DNA of 64,000 nucleotides from Capsulimonadaceae bacterium (GTDB taxonomy: Bacteria; Armatimonadota; Armatimonadia; Armatimonadales; Capsulimonadaceae): the NCBI GenBank assembly GCA_965215505.1, contig OZ244065.1:2112001-2176000 (forward strand), read 5' to 3'. The notes below the pieces were generated by a model, which had not been told where the DNA came from, did not search any database, and saw only the letters and a program-made list of their open reading frames with translations. This document shows positions 55,878 through 64,000 of this stretch, one piece after another. Position 1 is the first letter of the stretch, and every line of letters begins with the position of its first letter. Both the position numbers and the translations under genes were made by a program.

Positions 55878-57818
55878 TCACCCTCCGGATGGGAACTCGG
55901 TGAGCGTCTGCCGCATGGCGGCGCTGGGGCGCCCAGCCGTGACCGGGCCGCCCCGGCTGCCGATGATGTGGGCGATGCCGCTGCCGGGACGGCCGTCGAG
56001 CCAGATCGTAGTCAGGTGGTGGAACTTGACCCTCGGCGCGGCGGGGGCCTCGACCGCGCTGTCGGCGCGGACGGGCGCGTCGCGGAAAAAGCAGTACACC
56101 CCCACGCCCCACGCCTCATGGCTGGTCACGCCCGGGGCGACCTTGTATGAGGCATAGCCGGAGGTCTTTCCGCTCATCCACGCCGCCTGATCGGGAACGT
56201 CATACGGCATCTCCGACTGGTACATATACACACGGCCCCCGTTGCCGTTCCAGAGCGTCTGATATCCCTCGTGGTGCTCGTTGAACAGGCCGTATACGGT
56301 GACGTCGTCGCCGTCAACCACCAGGCCGCTGCGCGTCGGATTGACCGTCCAGCCGACGCCGGTGCCGTGATCCGCCCGCCACACCCAGAGCTGGTCCGCC
56401 ACGACGTCGCGGCTGTTGATCTGCACCCCGACGTCGTCGCGGCCGGCCGCAGCGCCGCCCGTGCGGACGCACAGGTCATCGAGGAAGGTCGGGTCGGAGG
56501 CGTGGTCGGTCCGGCTGCCCGGCGGCCCCACCTCCAGCAGCTGCGGCGAAGCGACGGGCCCGGCGTCCAGGATCAGCCCGGCGATCTGCACCCCACCGAC
56601 GTCGGCCACCTGGATCAGCGGCGTGCCCGCCGTCGCCGTCAGCGTCGCGAGGCCCAGGCCGAGGATCACCGTGTCGGGGCGGGCCACCCGCAGGGAGCCA
56701 GAGAGGGGGTAGACGCCCGGCGTGAACAGCAGGTCCTTGCCGGCCGCCAGGGCGGCGTTGAGTGCGGCCGCGGTCGCCGCGCCGGGACGGGCGATGTAGA
56801 AGCGGTCGATGGGAAGCGCGGCGCCGGGGGTAGGGCCATTCGCCCAGTCCACCCCACGGCAGTCGGTCCGCAGGGCCGGGACGAAGACCTGGAACGCACC
56901 GCGGGCGTCGACGGTCAGGAAGGGCTTCTCGCGGATCACGGGTGTCTTCTCAACCACGGTGTAGGCCTGGTCTGGGAAAGTGCCCGCCGGCGGGTTGTCG
57001 CAGCCCACGAAGACCATGTTCCACACGGCGTTGTTCCACCGGGACCACCGGCTGTTGCGGGCGAGCCACTGCTGCTGGGACCCGGGCACCAGGTTCCCAT
57101 CCACGACCGAGTCGGCCAGAAAACCGCCGCTGGCGTAGCCCACGTTCCCCTTCGGGCCCCAATCGAACAGCTGAAGCTCCCCCTTCACGTGGAGGCGCCG
57201 GAGGGGAGCGGCCTGGGAGACCGCGATGCGCGTGATGCCTTTCGTGGTCTGGAACGGCACGTCCGACGACGGCGTCACGGCGAAGTTTTCCAATGACCGC
57301 CAGAAGTTATCCAGGGCGTTGCCGCCCGACCATTTGGCGTTGACGTTGACGCCCCCGTTGATCTGCACGTCGTCGGGGCTTGCGCCCAGGCCTGCGACTT
57401 GTGTGTAGAACCCGACATTGAAGGTGACGTTGTAGGTTCCCGGCTTGAAGAGAAGCGCATAGCGCTCGGGGCCGAACTGGTTGGCCTCCATCTTCTTGAA
57501 AATGTCGGTCGCCGTTCGCTGGACATCGGCGGCCGGCATGCTCGGGTCGAACACGTAGACATTCGGCCCGAGGACAGTCGCGTTCGCCGGGGAGACGGTC
57601 GCGTTCGCCGGGGAGGCGGTCGCGTTCGCCGGGGAGACGGTCGCGTCCGCCAGGGAGGCGGTCGCGTTCGCCATGGAGACCGGCGCGTTCGCCGGGGAGA
57701 CGGTCGCGTTCGCCTGGGTGACCGGGGTGCTACGCAGTGCGGCTACCGCAAGCCCCATACAGAGCAAGGCCACAAGACCGGAGGGAACCCAGCGATTGTA
57801 ATGTTTCATCTGCGTCAC
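55878..57818 (-). CDS. Secreted GH55-like beta-1,3-glucanase
   Basis: Motifs GPNVYVFDP, RYALLFKPGTY, NFWRS, AVSQAAP.RR, SQQQW, WRADHG and YQSEMPYD. Confidence 0.8.
   Translation of the reverse strand: MTQMKHYNRWVPSGLVALLCMGLAVAALRSTPVTQANATVSPANAPVSMANATASLADATVSPANATASPANATVSPANATVLGPNVYVFDPSMPAADVQRTATDIFKKMEANQFGPERYALLFKPGTYNVTFNVGFYTQVAGLGASPDDVQINGGVNVNAKWSGGNALDNFWRSLENFAVTPSSDVPFQTTKGITRIAVSQAAPLRRLHVKGELQLFDWGPKGNVGYASGGFLADSVVDGNLVPGSQQQWLARNSRWSRWNNAVWNMVFVGCDNPPAGTFPDQAYTVVEKTPVIREKPFLTVDARGAFQVFVPALRTDCRGVDWANGPTPGAALPIDRFYIARPGAATAAALNAALAAGKDLLFTPGVYPLSGSLRVARPDTVILGLGLATLTATAGTPLIQVADVGGVQIAGLILDAGPVASPQLLEVGPPGSRTDHASDPTFLDDLCVRTGGAAAGRDDVGVQINSRDVVADQLWVWRADHGTGVGWTVNPTRSGLVVDGDDVTVYGLFNEHHEGYQTLWNGNGGRVYMYQSEMPYDVPDQAAWMSGKTSGYASYKVAPGVTSHEAWGVGVYCFFRDAPVRADSAVEAPAAPRVKFHHLTTIWLDGRPGSGIAHIIGSRGGPVTAGRPSAAMRQTLTEFPSGG
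57573..57713 (-). repeat. 21-bp coding tandem repeat, about 7 units (NATVSPA)
   Basis: NATVSPA NAPVSMA NATASLA DATVSPA NATASPA NATVSPA NATV. Confidence 0.9.
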
Positions 57819-57832
57819 GATATCCTTTCGAT

Positions 57833-60667
57833 TTATGGCCGGACAACGACGGCCTTGCCGTCATAGGACACCACGCGGTTCGGCGACCGGGTGACCTCCA
57901 GCCCGTTCCCATGGCCCGGCCGCACCCAGACGACCCGGAACGTCCGCTGCTGCCGCATCCCCGGGAACGAACCCGTTCGCGTGCCGATGGTCAGCGTCTG
58001 CCCCTTCTCGTCCCAGTGGATGGGGATCGTGGCGTGGACGCCCCGCTCGTACCGGTAGCTGTCCCCCTCGTCCTCGTACAGCGTGAACGAGCCATTTGCC
58101 CCCCGATAGACCCGCAGCTCAATGGGATCGGCGGGCTTCTCCGACGCGTACTGCAGGAACGGACCCATCGGCACAATGCTGCCCGCACGCACGTACAGCG
58201 GCTGCGTGTCTATGGGCGCGGGCGCGGTGATGGTCTGCCCGCCTCGGTACCCCGTCCCCGTCCAGAAATCCGTCCAGCGGGTGCCCGACGGCAGGTAGAC
58301 GGATCGCGAGGTCGCCCCCTGATGGGTGACGGGGCAGACGAGGAGCGCCGGGCCGAACAGGAACTCGTCCCGGCTTTCGCGGGCGGACATATCCTGTGGG
58401 AAATCCATAACCAGGCCGCGCATGATCGTGCCGGCGTGAGCCGTCACCTGCCAGGCCTGCGAGTAGATGTAGGGCATCAGCCGGTAACGCAGGCTGTCGT
58501 ACTTGACCAGGATCGGCTCATACTGGGGGCCGAAGCGCCACAACTCTTTGGGAGTGACCTCGCCGTGGACGCGGAAGATGGGGCAGAACGCGCCATACTC
58601 GAACCAGCGGGTGAACAGCTCGCGATACTCCGGGTCGTCCGCGCCAGTGGGATAGGTGACGAAGAAGCCGCCGATGTCGGTCGTCCAGTAAGGGATGCCT
58701 GAGAGGCAGAAGTCCAGGCCTGCCGGGACCTGACGCCCGAACGTGTCCCAATCGCCCGTGATGTCGCCGGACCAGGTCGCCGCCCCGTTTCGCTGCTGCC
58801 CGGCATAGGCGGAGCGGGTGAGGATGAAGACGCGCTTGTCGGGGTTCGTCCTGCGCTGGCCCTCGTAGACGCCGGTGGTGTGCATCAGAGGCCAGGCGTT
58901 CAGCACGCGGGCGGCCAGGCCCTGGGCCGTCGGCACCGACCGGAAAGCGTTCATGTCCACCTCCGGCTCGGAGGCGTCCAGCCACCAGGCGTCCACGCCC
59001 TTCGAGAAGAGCTGGTCGCGCAGGAAGCCCCAATACGTGGCGCGGGCGTCGGGGCTGAAGGCGTCGTAGTAGCTGGCGCTGTCGGACTGCGGCGGGTACA
59101 GGAGCCCGCGGGCCTTCATGACGTCGTAGTTGGCGTCGGGACGGTCCGGGCTGCCGGGGTAGAACTTACCCCAGACGGAGATCATCAGGTGGATGTGGTA
59201 CTGGTCGTGGAGCTGGACGATGGCCGCCGCCGGGTCGGGGTAGCGCTTCGGGTCAAACAGGTTCGTCCCCCACTGGTAAGGTTCCCAGTAGAGGAAGTCC
59301 TGCACGAGACCGTCAATCGGCTCGCGCCGCCGGCGGTATTCGGACGCGATGTCCAGCCACTCCTGCTGCGACTTATAGCGCTCTTTGGACTGCCAGTAGC
59401 CGAGCGCCCATTTGGGCGGCATGGGTGCCTGTCCCGTCAGGGCACGGTACTCGGCCATGACGGTGTCCAGCGCAGGGCCGTCAATGAAGTAGTAGTCAAT
59501 GCCGTCGGCGGCTTCGGAGGTCCAGACGGTCGTCTGGCGCGGAGCATGACGCCACGCGAGGCGGGCGATGGCATCGCGGGTGTCCTGAAAGTACTCCATG
59601 CGGAGCCGGTGCCGGCTGTGCGGGGCGAAATGGACCGTCGCCGAGTCGTCACGGGCGGCATGGTTGCTCCAGTCGTCGATCACCTGCTTGTCGTCGATCC
59701 ACAGCCGGACGCCATCGTCGCTGGTGGTGACGAACGTGTAATCGCCGCCCTCCAGAGCCTGTACGAAGCCGGTCCAGCGGACGCTGAAATAATTGTGAGT
59801 CAAGCCGGCGGCGGGCGCATCCGCCCAGTTGAAATCCACCTGCGGGTCGGTGCGGGTCGTCACCAGGGTTGCCAGATCGTGGCCCTGATAGTAGTGCCCC
59901 GTCAGCCCGCCCGGCTGTCCATCCTCGGTCAGAAGCTGGGAGGTCGGCACCGTCTCGGCGTCTACGGCTCCCACTGAGACATCCGTGTGTGCCGGATTGT
60001 CCCAGAGCAGGCCGTAGCCCCGGCTCGAGACCAGGAACGGGATAGCGACCTCGCGGTTGGCCTGCTCCAGCTCTACCGAGGTACCGCGATAGCTCATGTT
60101 GCCCTGGTTCGTCGGCAACCGGTGTTGCCCCAAGCCATAAATGTCCTCGCCCGCCGGCATCGCGAAGCTCTGCTGGGAGCGGTAGGCCGCCGCCGGCGTC
60201 GGCCCGGCCAGCGTCTCCGGCGTCAGGGCCCGACCGCCGGGCGTCTCGCTCAGGATGGGCGTTCCGTTCGCATTCAGGAGCGAGACCGCGCCGCTGCTTC
60301 GGTCCACCTGCGCCTCCACCGACCCGGTCGTAATGGTGACGGCCTGCGGCGTGGTCACGAGATGCCAGGGGACGGGCCGTGGCGCCGCGATGACGCTCAG
60401 GCTGTGGTGGACAGGCAGCGTCGTCCCCGGCCCGTACTGGACCCGGATGACGCGCGGCGTCCAGACCTGGACTTTCAGGACGCCGGGCTGCAGGCGGAAC
60501 GTCACGCCGTCCGCCTGCTTCTGCCAGGAGACGACGGGCGTGGGCGCCGCGAGTGCCGGTGACGCGCTCAGGATGGTCATCCCGAAGACCGCGGCGGCGA
60601 GCCAGCGTGGCAGCGTCCTGATGCAAGCAGAAATACTCGGACCTATCGCCGCGTAACGTTTGTTCAT
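57833..60667 (-). CDS. GH31 alpha-xylosidase/glucosidase with a PA14 insert
   Basis: Motifs YGLGQ, PKWALGYWQS, WWLDASEPE, WSGDI and TDIGGF; PA14 motif FSVRWTG..SDDGVRLWID. Confidence 0.9.
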   Translation of the reverse strand: MNKRYAAIGPSISACIRTLPRWLAAAVFGMTILSASPALAAPTPVVSWQKQADGVTFRLQPGVLKVQVWTPRVIRVQYGPGTTLPVHHSLSVIAAPRPVPWHLVTTPQAVTITTGSVEAQVDRSSGAVSLLNANGTPILSETPGGRALTPETLAGPTPAAAYRSQQSFAMPAGEDIYGLGQHRLPTNQGNMSYRGTSVELEQANREVAIPFLVSSRGYGLLWDNPAHTDVSVGAVDAETVPTSQLLTEDGQPGGLTGHYYQGHDLATLVTTRTDPQVDFNWADAPAAGLTHNYFSVRWTGFVQALEGGDYTFVTTSDDGVRLWIDDKQVIDDWSNHAARDDSATVHFAPHSRHRLRMEYFQDTRDAIARLAWRHAPRQTTVWTSEAADGIDYYFIDGPALDTVMAEYRALTGQAPMPPKWALGYWQSKERYKSQQEWLDIASEYRRRREPIDGLVQDFLYWEPYQWGTNLFDPKRYPDPAAAIVQLHDQYHIHLMISVWGKFYPGSPDRPDANYDVMKARGLLYPPQSDSASYYDAFSPDARATYWGFLRDQLFSKGVDAWWLDASEPEVDMNAFRSVPTAQGLAARVLNAWPLMHTTGVYEGQRRTNPDKRVFILTRSAYAGQQRNGAATWSGDITGDWDTFGRQVPAGLDFCLSGIPYWTTDIGGFFVTYPTGADDPEYRELFTRWFEYGAFCPIFRVHGEVTPKELWRFGPQYEPILVKYDSLRYRLMPYIYSQAWQVTAHAGTIMRGLVMDFPQDMSARESRDEFLFGPALLVCPVTHQGATSRSVYLPSGTRWTDFWTGTGYRGGQTITAPAPIDTQPLYVRAGSIVPMGPFLQYASEKPADPIELRVYRGANGSFTLYEDEGDSYRYERGVHATIPIHWDEKGQTLTIGTRTGSFPGMRQQRTFRVVWVRPGHGNGLEVTRSPNRVVSYDGKAVVVRP

Positions 60668-61234
60668 TCAAGTCACTTTCTTCATGCCTGCGCGGGCAAA
60701 GGCTTCCATTACTCCAGAACGGGAGGTGGGCGCCATTCTCTCTTTCCTAGGACTTTCTCATCCTTGGTTGGCTTGGCTACTTGAACCCATGACGATAAGG
60801 TAGGCACAGGACGCTTGGCCATTTGGGCGGAAGAGGCAGTAGAAATGATAGGTGCCGTATCTATAGCTCGCCACTGAAACAATCTCGGGACAGATCCATT
60901 GTCCATTTCTTCGAGTCACCCGGAGATGGAGATGACCGCAGAATCGACGAAGCAATTCACGGCACTGTCCGAGAAAAAGTTCGGGCCTGGCCCGGCGCGG
61001 CCCACTCTCGACCCCACCGTCCATTCAAACCCGGAAAATGTCAGAATCCTTGATTGAGGACTGGCGGACCGACGGGAAACCACTCCTCAGATGTGGGCTA
61101 CCTGCGCAGGATCAGTCCTCAGACCGGCCGAAACAAGGACAGAGAGTAGCCCCATCATGAAAAAGATTTCTTCATTTTTCCTCCTGAAAGACGAGTGTAG
61201 GGGTGGCATTGTCCCACCCCTACACAAGAGGCCA

Positions 61235-61672
61235 TTACCGGGGCGCACGCCGGGCAATGGCAAGGATCGGCCCTCCGACCTTTAGAATATTAGCTCGAGT
61301 GGCGTTAGGGATATAGGAATCTTTGACGAGCAGGGCGACAAACGCTTCCCCCCCATGCGTTTCCGAAGCCCAGTGTCCCTTGGAGATTTTTATAACCGTT
61401 TGGTCTGCGGAGGGCTGAACGTAATATGTTCCGCCGCCCAGAGCATACACTACCACATGAGAGTTGGCCGGCGGGGCTGTGACGGTGCCCTCGATCTCTG
61501 AAGATGCCATTTCTTCACTGGGCGGATCCATCGGCACTTTTGTGATAGTAATCTTCGGCGCAGTCGTCGCGCTCGCGGCTTTCCGATGAGGAAGAGCGTG
61601 AGCGGGCAGTGGCAAGTGCCCGATAATCAACATTCCAAGCCCAATGGGCATGGCCATTAACTTCCGATCCAT
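61235..61672 (-). CDS. Secreted hypothetical protein
   Basis: GGAAGGGAG RBS, AHA signal cleavage site, beta-rich body. Confidence 0.55.
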   Translation of the reverse strand: MDRKLMAMPIGLGMLIIGHLPLPAHALPHRKAASATTAPKITITKVPMDPPSEEMASSEIEGTVTAPPANSHVVVYALGGGTYYVQPSADQTVIKISKGHWASETHGGEAFVALLVKDSYIPNATRANILKVGGPILAIARRAPR

Positions 61673-62219
61673 GTTATTGCTCCCTTCCGAATAACGTGCT
61701 TGGATAGTCCGAAACTGGTGACGCAGCACGGGCGTCATTTCGATCTCGATAGCCAGACCTAACGTCCGATAACGGTTCTGTCACTTGCCGTCGAACTCGT
61801 GAGTAGCCGGTCTTTCGGGACCCTACTGCTCAATTTCTCCTTCCGGATGTTTTGGCAGGATTCCCTACCTCCTATGCTAAAAAGACGTGGGCTTAAGAAT
61901 TTTTTCGAGCTTATTGGGGTCCTTTCCCAATGGGAGCGGCCCGACACCGCAGGTCTTCCTGGTTTCCTCCTTTCAGACGAGCTCTCTCTTTCTTTGAGTG
62001 TCCCGCAGACCGTTCAGTTCATCTTTGAGCAAAATCATTGCCTCATCTATCCTCTGTGAAATCCCCGGTTCCGTTTCCAGATCTCTTCGGAGCAGTGATT
62101 GCAGCCATCCTGTCCAACTGTCTGTTGGTCTCTCGTTTTGCTCTGCTATCACATCGCGGAGCAGCCGAGGCAGGCCAAGTTTTGCGAATGCCGCTAATCT
62201 AATGCCGCCGGTCTCAGGA

Positions 62220-63230
62220 TCATGCCGTATGTCCGTGTATAAGTTCCACCGGTAGGACCGTCTCGGTAGGCACCGCCGCGCCTTCCAGAAGGTCTACAAG
62301 ATAGGTAATGGCAGTCGACGCGACCTGCGCCCAGGGTGCTCGAACGGTCGTCAGGCGCACGTCCGGCTCGATCGCCGACTCGATGCCATCAAAGCCTGTA
62401 ATCGCTATCTCCTGTGGTACGGCGATACCCCCTCGGCGGCAATAGGAGAGCGCCTGATAGGCCACCATATCGTTCCAGCAGGCAATCGCCGTCGGGCGCA
62501 GCGCGGAAGAGTGTGGAAGCGCCAGAGCCTCCTGCACCTCTGCGGAGGCGAGGTCGGCTGTCACCTGCAGCGCCATGCCGTTCTCCGCCGCGGCCTGCTG
62601 GATGCCCTCCAGACGTCGCCTGCGCGAGGGTGGACCGATTTGTGTCAGGTAAATGATGGACCGATGACCGCGATCAAACAGATATCGCCCGATCTCAAAG
62701 GAGCCATCGTACTCCGCAACGCCCACAGAGGGAAACGGGGGCAGCGTCTCCACAACGCTCACCACCGGCAGATGGCTAACGCGTAAAAGCGCCACCAGCG
62801 GGTCGTCGTCAGGAGCCCACACGACAAGCCCATCGACCTTGCCGCTCAACAACTCGTCGTAAAGGCCGCTGATGACCTGGCCGCGAAAAACGGTATGGAG
62901 CAGCAGATCGCGCTTGCAGCGAGCGCATGCCTCCAAAAGTCCGGCTGTCATCTCCGCAACGAACGGATTTCGCGCGTCGAAATAGTCGAAGCCGCTATAA
63001 AAGCCGAAAATATGCGTCGCGCGTCGGGCCAATGACCTCGCCACGGAGTTAGGCTGGTAGTTGAGTTCCCTGGCGATTTCGATGATCTGCTGCCGCGTCG
63101 CCTGGGATACCCTGGTTCCTGAGCGTGATCCGTTCAATACGACGGAAACCGCCATACGGGACACGCCCGCGCGCGCAGCAATGTCGTCGAGTGTCGCCGA
63201 TTTCTGTGCGGTATATTTCTGTTTATCCAT
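62220..63230 (-). CDS. LacI-family transcriptional regulator
   Basis: Motifs TLDDIAARAGVSRMAVSVVLN, LNYQPN..AR, TAIACWND, ITGFD and LTTV. Confidence 0.93.
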   Translation of the reverse strand: MDKQKYTAQKSATLDDIAARAGVSRMAVSVVLNGSRSGTRVSQATRQQIIEIARELNYQPNSVARSLARRATHIFGFYSGFDYFDARNPFVAEMTAGLLEACARCKRDLLLHTVFRGQVISGLYDELLSGKVDGLVVWAPDDDPLVALLRVSHLPVVSVVETLPPFPSVGVAEYDGSFEIGRYLFDRGHRSIIYLTQIGPPSRRRRLEGIQQAAAENGMALQVTADLASAEVQEALALPHSSALRPTAIACWNDMVAYQALSYCRRGGIAVPQEIAITGFDGIESAIEPDVRLTTVRAPWAQVASTAITYLVDLLEGAAVPTETVLPVELIHGHTA

Positions 63231-63293
63231 ATCGATCCAAAAGGGGCAGCGTTGTATTAAATGTCATTGTAAGGTAAACTGGCGTTGGTTTAA

Positions 63294-63315
63294 CTTGAAC
63301 TAGGGCTAGTTCAAG
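63294..63315. promoter_or_regulatory. Perfect palindrome, candidate operator
   Basis: CTTGAACTAG-GG-CTAGTTCAAG between the divergent LacI and GH35 genes. Confidence 0.45.
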
Positions 63316-63649
63316 GTGAATCAGAGTACCACGATTCGCGCTTTTTGTCAAGCGGACTCATCAAAGCACGCGTCCGCTCAGGGAACGTGCCTCCTTCAAA
63401 ACGATTGCGGCCGCGCACGGTGGCACCGTGCGCGGCCGGTCAACTGGGAGGCACTACCTTTGCAGACACTAGGCGCCGGCGTTGCCGTCTTTGAAGCTCG
63501 GCCCGCTCAAGAAGGTTTCACAGGATACAACAACGCATCGCGCGGTCAGTGACCCCGCCTGCGTACTCGACCACGCGGGCAGAGATTACCCCGGTTGATG
63601 CCGCCGCGCAGGGTCGCGAGCAGGCTGATAGAGTATGAGGAGGCAAGTT

Positions 63650-64000
63650 ATGCCTGGTAAGAATTGTCGAGCTTTTGTGATCGCAATCATGGCGCTGGTG
63701 CCAGGTCTGCTGTTCGTCGGGGGCTGTGCTATCGGCGGCGAGTCGCAGCAAAACACTCCTCCTGCATCCGCACAATCAGTGCCGACGCAGCCGCCCGTAA
63801 GGCAGCCAGCTATTGACGGCATGTTTCCAGCGGCGGCGGCGGCGAAGCCGTTCATCGACTTCGACGGACGTGGTTTCCTGGTGAATGGAAAGCGCACCTT
63901 CCTTGCCTCCGGGTCGCTGCACTATGCGCGGGTTCCCCGGGAACTCTGGCGGGATCGCTTGCTTCGGATGAAGCGTGCCGGGTTCAACACCGTTGAGACC
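63650..64000 (+). CDS. GH35 beta-galactosidase, 5' part (possible lipoprotein)
   Basis: Manual translation: ...FLVNGKRTFLASGSLHYARVPRELWRDRLLRMKRAGFNTVET; GAGGAGG RBS; VGGC lipobox-like motif. Confidence 0.88.
   Translation, partial: MPGKNCRAFVIAIMALVPGLLFVGGCAIGGESQQNTPPASAQSVPTQPPVRQPAIDGMFPAAAAAKPFIDFDGRGFLVNGKRTFLASGSLHYARVPRELWRDRLLRMKRAGFNTVET

Noticed and set aside
59560-59930. PA14 insertion in GH31 as a novelty
   Set aside because: This architecture is already known in GH31 alpha-xylosidases
60700-62200. Short ORFs and a TGAGGACTG/CAGTCCTCA inverted repeat in the low-GC gaps
   Set aside because: No motifs or supporting signals, so they cannot be distinguished from gene remnants or chance
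35003-64000. attR copy of the tRNA-Val 3' end
   Set aside because: Not found by eye, so the island's right boundary is left open

Overview
High-GC bacterial chromosome segment. Gene content suggests Armatimonadota, but this is a tentative inference. Positions 1-35 kb are mostly core genes: type IV pilus pilB-pilT-pilC-pilD, alaS-ruvX-mltG-yqeG-aroE, a candidate 6S-like ncRNA, two ferritin-like proteins, a two-component pair, msrA, nurA, rpsU-7TM/HD-ybeY-dgkA-corC-like, a BlaI/M56 pair with a novel-looking triple repeat, GH76 and two aldo-keto reductases. Two families of small palindromic repeats are scattered through this part. A genomic island begins right after tRNA-Val(GAC) at 34931-35002. 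It carries a tyrosine integrase, a sigma-70 region-4 protein, a TOPRIM/DUF3854-like primase-ATPase, a split UvrD/PD-(D/E)XK helicase-nuclease, an insertion-laden large serine recombinase behind a 54-bp attP-like palindrome, very acidic small proteins, a 20-bp x ~7 array beside an orphan ParB, and a TM0106-like nuclease. I found no capsid, terminase, relaxase or T4SS genes and no attR. The window ends in a glycan-utilisation cluster (GH55-like, GH31-PA14, LacI, GH35). Best leads: the dual-recombinase island with its apparently intact attP-like site, the split helicase-nuclease, and two genes that appear to start at ATA overlapping an upstream TAG stop. All calls were made by eye, without database searches.
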